Of a DNA stretch of 20,842 nucleotides, positions 1 to 9,402 are shown piece by piece. Numbering within the stretch: the stretch's first letter is position 1; the number at the start of each line of letters is the position of its first letter. The notes beneath the pieces are model-generated. The model saw only the letters and a program-made list of their open reading frames with translations. It ran no database searches and had not been told where the DNA came from. Origin of the DNA: Ginkgo biloba (lineage: Eukaryota > Plantae > Ginkgophyta); the NCBI GenBank assembly GCA_024626585.2, contig JANKJI020000004.1, positions 153,206,908 through 153,227,749 on the forward strand. Direction: 5' to 3'. The translations under genes and the position numbers were made by a program.

Positions 1-921
1 TCACCCCCTGCTTAGGCAGTGCAGTCCAGTATCCACCTCGCACTACACTTTATCTACATGTGCAGACCCCAAAAAAGACCCACAAATCATTTCTCTATAG
101 GGATCTTCTACTCCATCCTTTAGAGCTTGACATGACCAAATCCAAATGCCTGAATGTTTATCTTCAAAATTTTATTTTAAGAAGAAATAAATCTACCGTC
201 AATTAAGTACACTGAGTAGTCGTCAACGACTGCCAAGCCAATTACGTACACTGAGTAGTCATCAAAGACTACCAAGCCAAGTAACAATAAGATTGGATGG
301 CGCACTCAGGGACACCATTGTAGGTCATCAAAGGCTGCACATTAAGAGATCCCATCTGAGGTTACCAAGACTAACTAGAGATTTAAGAGACTAAAGTTAG
401 CCTCAACTCAAACAACAGACAAGGCAGAAAAACACTAGTACATAGATCTTATAAAATACCATTTGCATTAGCAATAAAAATACCAATAACCCAATGTGTA
501 ACCACTTGTAATCAAAGACACAGATTCCCTTGCAAAAAAAGCACAAACTCCTTCGAGACCTAATTTAACCTCCTGCTTTAGGCAGTGCAATCCAGTATCC
601 ACCTCGCACTACACTTTATCTACATGTATAGACCTCAGACCCACAAATCATTTCTCTATAGGAATCTTTTAACCCATCCTTTAAAGCTTGCCACGACCAA
701 ATCCAAATATTTAGATGTTAATCTTCAAAATTTTATTTTAAGAATAAATAAATAGAAGGAATGCATCTACTCAAGTAGCATCATCAATTAAGTACACTGA
801 GTAGTCAACAAAAACTGCCAATCCAAGTACCGATAAGATGCACTCAAGGACACCATTGCAGGTCATCAAAGGCTGCACATTAAGAGATTCCATCCGAGAC
901 TAAAGCTACCCTCAACTCAAA
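1..921. repeat. Diverged direct duplication: copy 1 ~1-412, copy 2 ~566-921
   Basis: Colinear shared blocks: TCCAGTATCCACCTCGCACTACACTTTATCTACATG, GACCCACAAATCATTTCTCTATAGG, ATCTTCAAAATTTTATTTTAAGAA, GGTCATCAAAGGCTGCACATTAAGAGAT and CCTCAACTCAAA. Confidence 0.92.
200..277. repeat. 39-bp tandem dimer (200-238, 239-277)
   Basis: CAATTAAGTACACTGAGTAGTCGTCAACGACTGCCAAGC versus CAATTACGTACACTGAGTAGTCATCAAAGACTACCAAGC (4 mismatches). Only one unit is present in the second large copy. Confidence 0.93.
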
Positions 922-1170
922 TAGACTTATTGTACATATATTATCATCGATAGCTTACAAGCAAAATCAATCATGCATTAAAAACAGATATACAAAGGAC
1001 TTTTTCATATTGTTACCTCCATTAACCACCCTGGAAAACAAACCACAAACCAGGCATGAATTCGTAAATAGACAGTAAGCAAAATAAATCAAAACATCGA
1101 ATTCATACGAATACAATGAGGAAATTGGGAAGATACGAATTAGGTCACCAAGGTATTATTGCAAACATTG

Positions 1171-1906
1171 NNNNNNNNNNNNNNNNNNNNNNNNNNNNNN
1201 NNNNNNNNNNNNNNNNNNNNNNNNNNNNNNNNNNNNNNNNNNNNNNNNNNNNNNNNNNNNNNNNNNNNNNNNNNNNNNNNNNNNNNNNNNNNNNNNNNNN
1301 NNNNNNNNNNNNNNNNNNNNNNNNNNNNNNNNNNNNNNNNNNNNNNNNNNNNNNNNNNNNNNNNNNNNNNNNNNNNNNNNNNNNNNNNNNNNNNNNNNNN
1401 NNNNNNNNNNNNNNNNNNNNNNNNNNNNNNNNNNNNNNNNNNNNNNNNNNNNNNNNNNNNNNNNNNNNNNNNNNNNNNNNNNNNNNNNNNNNNNNNNNNN
1501 NNNNNNNNNNNNNNNNNNNNNNNNNNNNNNNNNNNNNNNNNNNNNNNNNNNNNNNNNNNNNNNNNNNNNNNNNNNNNNNNNNNNNNNNNNNNNNNNNNNN
1601 NNNNNNNNNNNNNNNNNNNNNNNNNNNNNNNNNNNNNNNNNNNNNNNNNNNNNNNNNNNNNNNNNNNNNNNNNNNNNNNNNNNNNNNNNNNNNNNNNNNN
1701 NNNNNNNNNNNNNNNNNNNNNNNNNNNNNNNNNNNNNNNNNNNNNNNNNNNNNNNNNNNNNNNNNNNNNNNNNNNNNNNNNNNNNNNNNNNNNNNNNNNN
1801 NNNNNNNNNNNNNNNNNNNNNNNNNNNNNNNNNNNNNNNNNNNNNNNNNNNNNNNNNNNNNNNNNNNNNNNNNNNNNNNNNNNNNNNNNNNNNNNNNNNN
1901 NNNNNN
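1171..1906. other. Assembly gap (736 N); may hide H2A exon 2
   Basis: Run of N directly downstream of the H2A intron start. Many other N runs are present, e.g. 9403-10236. Confidence 0.99.
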
Positions 1907-2033
1907 AAGAGAGAAGCTACCTTCCATGTGGAAGAAGAGAGAAACCCATACCAAACCCTTGGAAAAAGAAAAAAAAAGGGCCACATAAATCAAAACTAGC
2001 CAAGAAACCCTAGAGGAATTAACAAAACCTTAC
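1907..2033 (-). other. 5' part of H2A intron 1 (GT donor at 2033-2032), running into an assembly gap
   Basis: Minus strand reads AG|GTAAGG followed by U-rich sequence. Homology to H2A stops exactly here and the expected VLELAGNAARDNKK is absent. Confidence 0.9.
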
Positions 2034-2213
2034 CTCGGCAGCAAGGTATTCAAGAACTGCTGCAAGATAAACAGGAGCGCCTGCCCCAACCCGTTCGGCA
2101 TACTTGCCGGCTTTAAGGAACCTTGCAATACGCCCGACGGGAAACTGAAGCCCAGCTTTCGCACTTCGCGAAACCGCCTTCTTGCTGTCCGCTGATTTTC
2201 CTCGGCCCGCCAT
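2034..2213 (-). CDS. H2A: Histone H2A (canonical plant type), exon 1, 60 codons; remainder not visible
   Basis: Translates [60 protein letters not shown], containing the [10 protein letters not shown]2A signature. ATG context GCAATGGC is good. The exon ends GAG|GTAAGG at the E|V phase-0 intron position typical of plant H2A genes. Confidence 0.97.
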
Positions 2214-2332
2214 TGCTCTACCGACTCTTCTGGCCTGCAACGAATCACCGCTTCACTGCAAAAATCGTTCCTGGTTTCTTCCACTGCGATCCTGTTGAAA
2301 TACTTATTACAAAGAAGCTAGTGCCAGGCGTT

Positions 2333-2421
2333 TACTTATAGTTGGGATCTCGGCCTAACCAATGGTTGTGAAGTGCACGGATCGATATTGTAAGCCGTTG
2401 GATTCCAAAAGTTATGGACGG
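2333..2421 (-). promoter_or_regulatory. Plant histone promoter: TATA-like box, CCAAT, octamer variant, nonamer/MSA-like element, CCGTCC
   Basis: TATAAGTA (minus, 2340-2333); CCAAT (plus, 2359-2363); CACGGATC (plus, 2376-2383; octamer consensus CGCGGATC); AATCCAACGGCT (minus, 2404-2393; 8/9 to nonamer CATCCAACG and an exact YCYAACGGYY match); CCGTCC (minus, 2421-2416). All lie within ~210 bp upstream of the ATG. Confidence 0.8.
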
Positions 2422-3030
2422 TGTTGATTGATCTACTGATCAATTTAAATCTTGGCTCCAAAGATAGAAAACAATGAAATAAGCTTTGACTTTTACCATT
2501 AGTTACCTTTAGTTTACAAGAAATTTGGGTACGTTTATGACAAGAAACCCAGGTATGGGTAAATTCTTGGACAAGAAACTTACGTGATGGTCCCATAGGG
2601 TGGGGGTTGTAGTTTCTCTCTCCATAGACTATGGAGAGTTTTTGGAACTTCTTTACTCTTAAGGAGTACAATATGATTCCATGAAATACCTCCATATTGT
2701 TTCCATCTATGGAGAACGTGCATAGGAGAGAAAGCAGGAACGTTAATACAAGGAGGAGAGTGCAAGTGTTACTTAGATTTCCTAAAATAGAGGTGTTGAA
2801 GCTAACCCCCCATCGAAGGATTAAATTTGGCAAGCAAGGTCCTCCTTCGTTGTGAAGGGCTATTTGTATTATAAGTTGCCAAATGAAAATTTACTAATAA
2901 TCCTACCCTTCAAAAACGCTATTAGTGAAAATTAATTATGCTATAAACTTCAAAATTTATTCATAAGAGGCCCTTCTTTTAACAAGGAAAATGTTATTAT
3001 GTCTTTTCATTTTAAGGATAAAGAAGTTAA

Positions 3031-3120
3031 AGCCCCTCTATGATGAGTGAAATGACCTTTAAAGTTAGATTTCATAGTAGAAGCTTAAATAATGTTTTTT
3101 TTACTCGTCATATAAGGGCT
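3031..3120. repeat. 90-bp element with 22-bp imperfect inverted ends (MITE-like)
   Basis: AGCCCCTCTATGATGAGTGAAA versus the reverse complement of the right end, AGCCCTTATATGACGAGTAAAA (18/22). Flanks are TAA and CAA. Confidence 0.5.
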
Positions 3121-3384
3121 CAAAATTTTAGCTTCTAATATGATATTGTGAGTTGATCCTCTTAATAACACAATCAGTCAATGCACTTTGATAAGAGACC
3201 CTTATGTGGGTCTTCAAGCTCTATAATTTTGTGCACTTAGATTCCATCCTCGAGCTTAGTGTAAGACACTCTATTTCATTTTAATAAAAAAAAATATTTT
3301 CATATGATTGCAACCCGCCTGTGTAAATCCTTCTTTTTCTTAATGTGCTTTTGATGTATACATAGCCAAATTGAAATCATAATT

Positions 3385-3396
3385 TAGTATCAAAGC
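3385..3396 (+). other. Decayed tRNA-iMet primer binding site of an LTR retrotransposon
   Basis: TAGTATCAAAGC equals TGGTATCAGAGC with two G>A changes, and it sits just upstream of gag-like sequence. Confidence 0.7.
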
Positions 3397-4963
3397 CCCA
3401 GGTTTTCTATGCTTAGGTATGCATTAAAAGCTTTAAATAGTGTAGACTCTATCTAAATACCAAAAAGAAGAAGAACTATGTATGAATCCATCATTGTTAA
3501 ATAACAAGAGAGTTAAACAAACTCAATTAGATCAAGAAGAAGCTCAATCAAGTAGGATGTCCAAAGGAGAAGACCATGGGAAATTGACTCATAAGGCTAT
3601 AGAAGAAGATGAAAGTGAGAGGGTTAAAATCATATATGAATAAGAAAATATCTCGGCTCTTTTAGATTATACAAAGCTTAACCATTAGACCTTCCATAAT
3701 TATAGCCACAACAATAGTAATGTTTAGTGGTGTTACTAACAATGGAACTTCAACTAATAGTGCCATTGTAACGCCTTTTTAGACTCATCCTCTAGTTTAA
3801 ACCTTCAGCATAATTTTCAAGGATGACTCAAGTAAAGATCCCAACATATGATAGAAAAATAGATGCTAAAACATTTTATGACTAGTTAAGATAGCTAAAG
3901 AGTTGTTTACACCATAACAATACTAAAACCTTTAAAAAGTACCCTTCGTTGAGCTTAAAATGAGAGGTCAAGAGTTTTAATGAAAGACAAAACCAGTAAC
4001 ATGGACAATGCATTTTTTAATGGGACACGTTCAAATAAGTAAATANNNNNNNNNNNNNNNNNNNNNNNTACAAAAGGGAATAATAATTTTAGTGGTAATG
4101 CTTTAGATAAAAAATTGCCTAGAGTGTTAAAGCCTATACAAAGGAATTTAATTAGTGCACCGTAACATTCAAAGTTTTAATAATAAGAACAACTTGGTAT
4201 TAAAAAAATTAAGTATTTGCACATACCTATTTGAAGGAATTAAAGATGTTTGAGATTTTGACTCTTAATGATGCCTATCATAAAGCAAAACTCATTGAAG
4301 CAAAAGACAAGTGGAGAGATCTTATCACCCAACCTAAGACTCAAAAGAAGAATTTTTAAGAACCTCCTCTTTCATTTTAGCATCATAAAAAGAAGATCAG
4401 TGGAATGGCTTAATAAGCTCCCAAGAAGAAATAAGTCAAAGGTAATAGACCTTGTTGTGGAAAATGTAGAATCCCTAATCATATAAAAACAAACTACTAA
4501 AAACTATATCTAAGAAAAGGCTTAAGAACATGCATACCTAAGCCAAAGAGAAAGAACTTAAGGATTCTAAAGTATCCAATGAACAACAAGCATTGCCAGT
4601 ATATGATCAAAGGGATCAATTCAAAAGAAATAACATTGTCATTAAATATTGGATTGAGTATATAATGGTTTTAATTATATTTACTTTAGAAAGTTTGACA
4701 AACTTTATTTTAGAGTCTCTTATAAAGCACTTTAATGTGACTATAACTAAACTTCCAACTCCCTACACTTTAGGGTGGTTGAATAAGGATGCAGAGCACA
4801 CCATCAATAAGCACTATAAGTTTGAAATTATTATTTCAAAAGATTTAATTGATGAGATAGAGTTTGATATGGTGCCCTTAGTGCATGCAAGGTCATATTT
4901 TATTATTGCCTAAAATCACACCCTTCGATGCATTTCATCAATTTGGGAGATATAAAGTATTTT
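3397..4963 (+). mobile_element. Degenerate Ty3/gypsy gag-protease region
   Basis: ~3826-3913 reads LKVKIPTYDRKIDAKTFYD*LR*LKS after a frameshift (gag N-terminal motif). ORF 4593-4913 contains NFILESLIKHFN..PTPYTLGWLNKD..IDEIEFDMVPL, the gypsy protease region. Many stops and frameshifts. Confidence 0.8.
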
Positions 4964-5013
4964 NNNNNNNNNNNNNNNNNNNNNNNNNNNNNNNNNNNNN
5001 NNNNNNNNNNNNN

Positions 5014-5554
5014 TCTTAATGTGTTATTTATGTCATATTTGCATCACATTATGGATTATTCATTATATTACTCTCATATATGTGCACATATGGCCTACAT
5101 GGATAGGGTCATGATGCTGCTTTCATCATATATATACACATCATTTTTGTATAAAAGATGGACAAACTACATTAATATATTACCTTGACATTATAACATA
5201 TCTATTTAGTATGAATACTTCATTTAAGGGCTATAGAAAGATAACTTATCCATTGAGAATTATCATCCATTAGAGTTTGGATTACCTCATCATAATTGAG
5301 GTTTCATCCATTAATTATTCATGTGTGGCTATCCCCATCATTATTGAGATCTTGTATCATCCATGGTGATATAATATTTTTTCATTAGAGATATTATAAG
5401 GAGAGGAGAGTAGGCCCATTCATCCATTAATTCATCTTTACTTGGCAAGAATAATATTTTACCATAATGTCCAATTTATTAAAATCAAATTTTGATTTAA
5501 ACTCCATTGGATTTTATATTTATTTCCATTTTATTCCCACACGTAGGGGGTTCA
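5014..5554 (+). mobile_element. Non-coding LTR-like fragment separating the two protease copies
   Basis: Patchy similarity to 10237-10893 (CATAATTGAGGTTTC vs CATAATTAGGGTTTC; a purine block followed by TTGG..AGAA). Contains TATAAAA and ends GGGGGTTCA. Confidence 0.35.
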
Positions 5555-5639
5555 TTTATATTAATTTATCTCAATTGCTATCCCCTTATACTGATATCTA
5601 TATTTTATATTTTGTATTTTAGCTACTTATTGGCCCAAG

Positions 5640-6005
5640 AAAATGCAGACAGTGTAATTCAAAGAAAGTCAAATCAATTAAGGCTATTGAAATACCCAAT
5701 GAGTAGTTAGTATTGATTGTACACGAGCAAAGGGATAATTCTAAAAGAGAATAACTATTTATAACTACTATTCATATTAAGAAGTTAGTGGTCTTAACTA
5801 TTTTGGCCTAGATTATCTAAGAAATCTTATTTAGAGTCCATTTAAAAGTAATTTAGTTTGATTAGAGTTAAACATCCAACACCCTACACTCGAGGATGGC
5901 AAGGATGTAGAGTGCACCATCAATAGTACTATAGATTTAAAATTATATCATTTTAAAAGATTTTATTAATGAGGTCAAGTTTGATGTGGTGTCGTTAGTG
6001 TATGA
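5640..6005 (+). mobile_element. Second diverged copy of the gypsy protease region
   Basis: Aligns to ~4570-4888, e.g. CCAACACCCTACACT..AAGGATGTAGAGTGCACCATCAATA..GTTTGATGTGGTGTCGTTAGTG versus CCAACTCCCTACACT..AAGGATGCAGAGCACACCATCAATA..GTTTGATATGGTGCCCTTAGTG. Confidence 0.82.
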
Positions 6006-7059
6006 ATTTGTGAGAGAAATTGAATTTATTAAAACCAATGTATTTCTTTAATCAATCACAAAATATTAGGAGTTAGATACCAAATTTTAGCAACAACATA
6101 AATCTCAAAGAGATCTATATATCCAGATAAAATTTTATATTATACATCTTCCAAACCTATGGGACAAATGATATTTTATTTTTCATGTGGTTATATACAT
6201 TCTATTCTAAAATCTATCTTTAGCTCATTTACATAAGTCCAAAATGACTATAAAATAATACTTTTATACAACTGAGAAGACTAATACCCGTAAAAGTATG
6301 CACAATGACTTAGGGAAATATTTTAGATATAAGAAATTTAAATATTTTATTTCTTTACATAATATGCAATAATGGAGAGTACTTGTAGTCTTAATCGAAA
6401 CTTGATCTTAAAGATTAAATAATCTAAAATGATTTAATGTCTTTAAATTCTTGAATGATTCAATTCTTTAATTGATTCACTTATAATGGATCTTTTGATT
6501 TAAATCAACAAATTCCTAACTTAAATATTTCTTAGAATGCATTCTACATGCACTAATAGCTTTTTTCAAATAGATGTAGAAAAGTATAGATAGTAAAAGA
6601 CAATTTAGGAAAAATTAGCTAGAAATCCATGCTAGAGAAATACTACTACAAATAGTTATCTAGAGCTAATCATAACAAAGATTAATATGGTGGTAACTTA
6701 GTTCATATTATCTTTCTTTACAAATTAATCTCTTGATATGTGTGTGCCTATAAAAATTTCATATGCATGTGCTTTGTCTTCACTTAGGAGGATAAGTGTG
6801 TGCACATTATCTTACTTTTATAATCAAATAATTAAATAATTATCCACACATATGGACAAGCCCTTGATGTGACTTAGTCCCTNNNNNNNNNNNNNNNNNN
6901 NNNNNNNNNNNNNNNNNNNNNNNNNNNNNNNNNNNNNNNNNNNNNNNNNNNNNNNNNNNNNNNNNNNNNNNNNNNNNNNNNNATTCAATAGTGCAAAATC
7001 ATTTCTTGCTTTATGCATGTGTTTTGTGTTTTGAGTTATGATCTTACCCTAATTTTTCC

Positions 7060-9402
7060 AATAATATTGAAGATTAGGTGATCTTTATTAAGGATAGAGG
7101 ACTGACTTGATCAATTCTAGAGAACAAACTTTTTAGCAAGATGGACATCAACTAGATACCATCAAGCAAGCATAAAGGAGAAAGACATATGAAAGACAAG
7201 TTTTAAAATAAATAAAGGTATTTTTGAACGAATGATAGTGCCATTTGGGCTGACCAATACACCAACAATCTTTATGGGTTTGATGAGTAAGGTGCTTATA
7301 TATTATTTGGATTCATTTATCATTATCTGTTTAAATGATATTATAATATATAACAATATATGGGAGGAATATTTGAATCACATTGAGATAGTGCTCAAAA
7401 CATTAGAGGAGTAGCTAAAAGCAAACCTCAAGAAATCTATATTTGGTGAGGGAGTTGATTTACGTAGGATTCAAGGCAAATGGAGTAGGGCTCAAGATAG
7501 ATATTTCTAAAATAAAACTCATCCTAAATTAGCCAACATTTAATAGGGAAAATCTTAAGGAGTGGCTTATTTTTTATAATTATGATTAAGTGGCAAATAT
7601 ATTTAACATATAAAAATATGTAATATATATATTATAGCTAAGAAATCTTGGGAATTTTTTTTACTATTAATACATGATAAATTTGGTAAATAAAATACAA
7701 TTATAAAAACTAGTAAATGTTTTAAAGTAACTTTTCCTATTAGTAAATATAATTTTGGGGAAATTTGTAAATAAATTGGCAATTACTAATATGTAGCCCA
7801 TAATATTTTCTTCCACTCAGGAACCTATGTGAGTTAAGAAGCTTCATATGGTTGGCAAATTACTTGAGAAAGTTTAGAACAAACTATTTAGAGACAACCT
7901 TATCCCTTAATGGTCAAACTAGGGAGAATGCAACTTTCAATTGGGAAGAGAGATAATAGAGAACTTTTAAAGAGTTCAAGTACATAATCAATTATGCCCT
8001 TGTTCTAGCATTATTTGATATAATATAACTATTTTGAGATTGAATTTAATACATCAATACACGAGTTAGAAGTAATTTTGATCTAATAAGGTAAGTTCAT
8101 TCGTTATTATTCAAAACCCTTTTCAAAAGCTACGTGAAGATATTCTACTTATGACAAGGAGCTATATATATTGGTTCAAATAGTAAAGCATTGTAGGGAT
8201 TACTTTCTTAGCAAGGATACCATTATGCACTATGATCATAAGGTACTTTAGTATTTGTAGACCTAATTTAAGCTATAAAATATAAGGCACATCAATGNNN
8301 NNNNNNNNNNNNNNNNNNNNNNNNNNNNNNNNNNNNNNNNNNNNNNNNNNNNNNNNNNNNNNNNNNNNNNNNNNNNNNNNNNNNNNNNNNNNNNNNNTGG
8401 ATTACCTATTTTATAGTTTAAGAGAGTTTTCAGAGACCAGAAAGGCGATAATAATAATAGTATTATTTTTTTCTCTAGATCATCTATCATATCATCAAGT
8501 TCATTTGCAAAGCTTAAAGGTTCTAATATCAATGATTTTAAAGAACTTGACAAGGATGATAAAGACTTCACTTAATAATCCAGCAACCATTTATGTTGTA
8601 AGATGACCAATTAAGAGATTATCATCTTAAATATGGTATCTTATACAAGATAAAAAAAAAAGTGTTTGCCATAGAGGGGGTATGGATCCTCGTAGATAAT
8701 AATATCATGTCACTTTAAGGTGGCAAGGCACTTTAGAGTGTAGGAGACTCTAATATATGTGTAGAGGTACTTTCATTAGCTATGGATGGCCCAAGATTTT
8801 GCTAAGCTCGTCAAATCTCGTGCATTTATTGTAGTTAAACTAACTAATATGAACATTTATAAGTATACATATTTATCCATTCTAGCTAAGACTTAGGAGA
8901 GTATTCCAATGCATTTCTTTAGTAGGTTGGAAACCACCCAAAGAGAAAATAACTATCCTTTTATGATTTGATATAAATGTAATAAAATGGTAGTCTTGAT
9001 TACCTACAAAAAGATCATAATAAGGTAAAAAATATCTAAACTCTTCTTTTAACATATATAGGCACACTCTAGATTGCCCNNNNNNNNNNNNNNNNNNNNN
9101 NNNNNNNNNNNNNNNNNNNNNNNNNNNNNNNNNNNNNNNNNCAAAATTAAGAGGAGTGTAAGTTTTTATCCTCACACTATTTGTTAGTATAAAATTGTCA
9201 ACTAGATAATAGTACAACTTTTAAGGATGTATAGCCATACACATCCAAAAAACATAAGACAAAATCATTCATTACATAAATTATATTTATAACAAAATGC
9301 TTATCACTCAATTTATTTTTTTCCTTTTTAAAGCTTGTTTGGGTAACTAACTTGAGGATCCCATGGCTATAAATAGTATTATGTTAAATCCAATAGACAA
9401 AC
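7060..9402 (+). mobile_element. Degenerate Ty3/gypsy pol: RT, RNase H, integrase
   Basis: RT motifs RIED*LDQ, FSKMD, YHQ, VPFGLTNTPTIFMGLM, and CLND at the YLDD position. ELRSF..LANYLRKF follows. RNase H YSTYDKELY at 8141-8167. Integrase remnants include a KVARHF zinc-finger region, *ESIPMHF and VQLLRMY. The RT-RH-INT order is diagnostic of gypsy. Confidence 0.92.
7539..7815. mobile_element. ~277-bp AT-rich insertion in gypsy RT (possible MITE)
   Basis: RT reading stops at LILN*PT (7538) and resumes at LRNLCELRSF (7816). Weak inverted ends GAAAAT(C/A)TTA(A/T)GG. Confidence 0.65.

Noticed and set aside
259-330. Possible intronic box C/D snoRNA (minus strand TGATGA 330-325, CTGA 309-306, TGATGA 264-259)
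   Set aside because: No terminal CTGA box D downstream, and the CTGA is TTGA in the second copy. A snoscan/Rfam search would settle it.
200-340. CRISPR-like hairpin repeats
   Set aside because: Plant nuclear context, whole-unit tandem duplication without unique spacers, and no cas genes.
1116-2013. Long ORFs spanning N runs (also 9347-10337 and other X-filled ORFs)
   Set aside because: Artefacts of translating assembly gaps.
2019-2240. ORF-track H2A with extension MQARRVGRA and ending VRFC
   Set aside because: The upstream start is a non-ATG codon and the real start is ATG 2213. VRFC* is intron read-through.
2336-2833. 165-aa minus-strand ORF over the promoter
   Set aside because: Non-ATG start, no recognisable domain, and it overlaps the histone promoter elements; likely chance.
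3041-3382. TGATGA..TCATAA as exact 5' LTR boundaries of the + strand gypsy
   Set aside because: The TGATGA is inside the 3031-3120 inverted repeat, and no matching 3' LTR is available to confirm it.
6006-6540. AT-rich insert with a minus-strand CxxC (YCILCKE), possibly Helitron-related
   Set aside because: Too degenerate; no diagnostic motif or termini seen.
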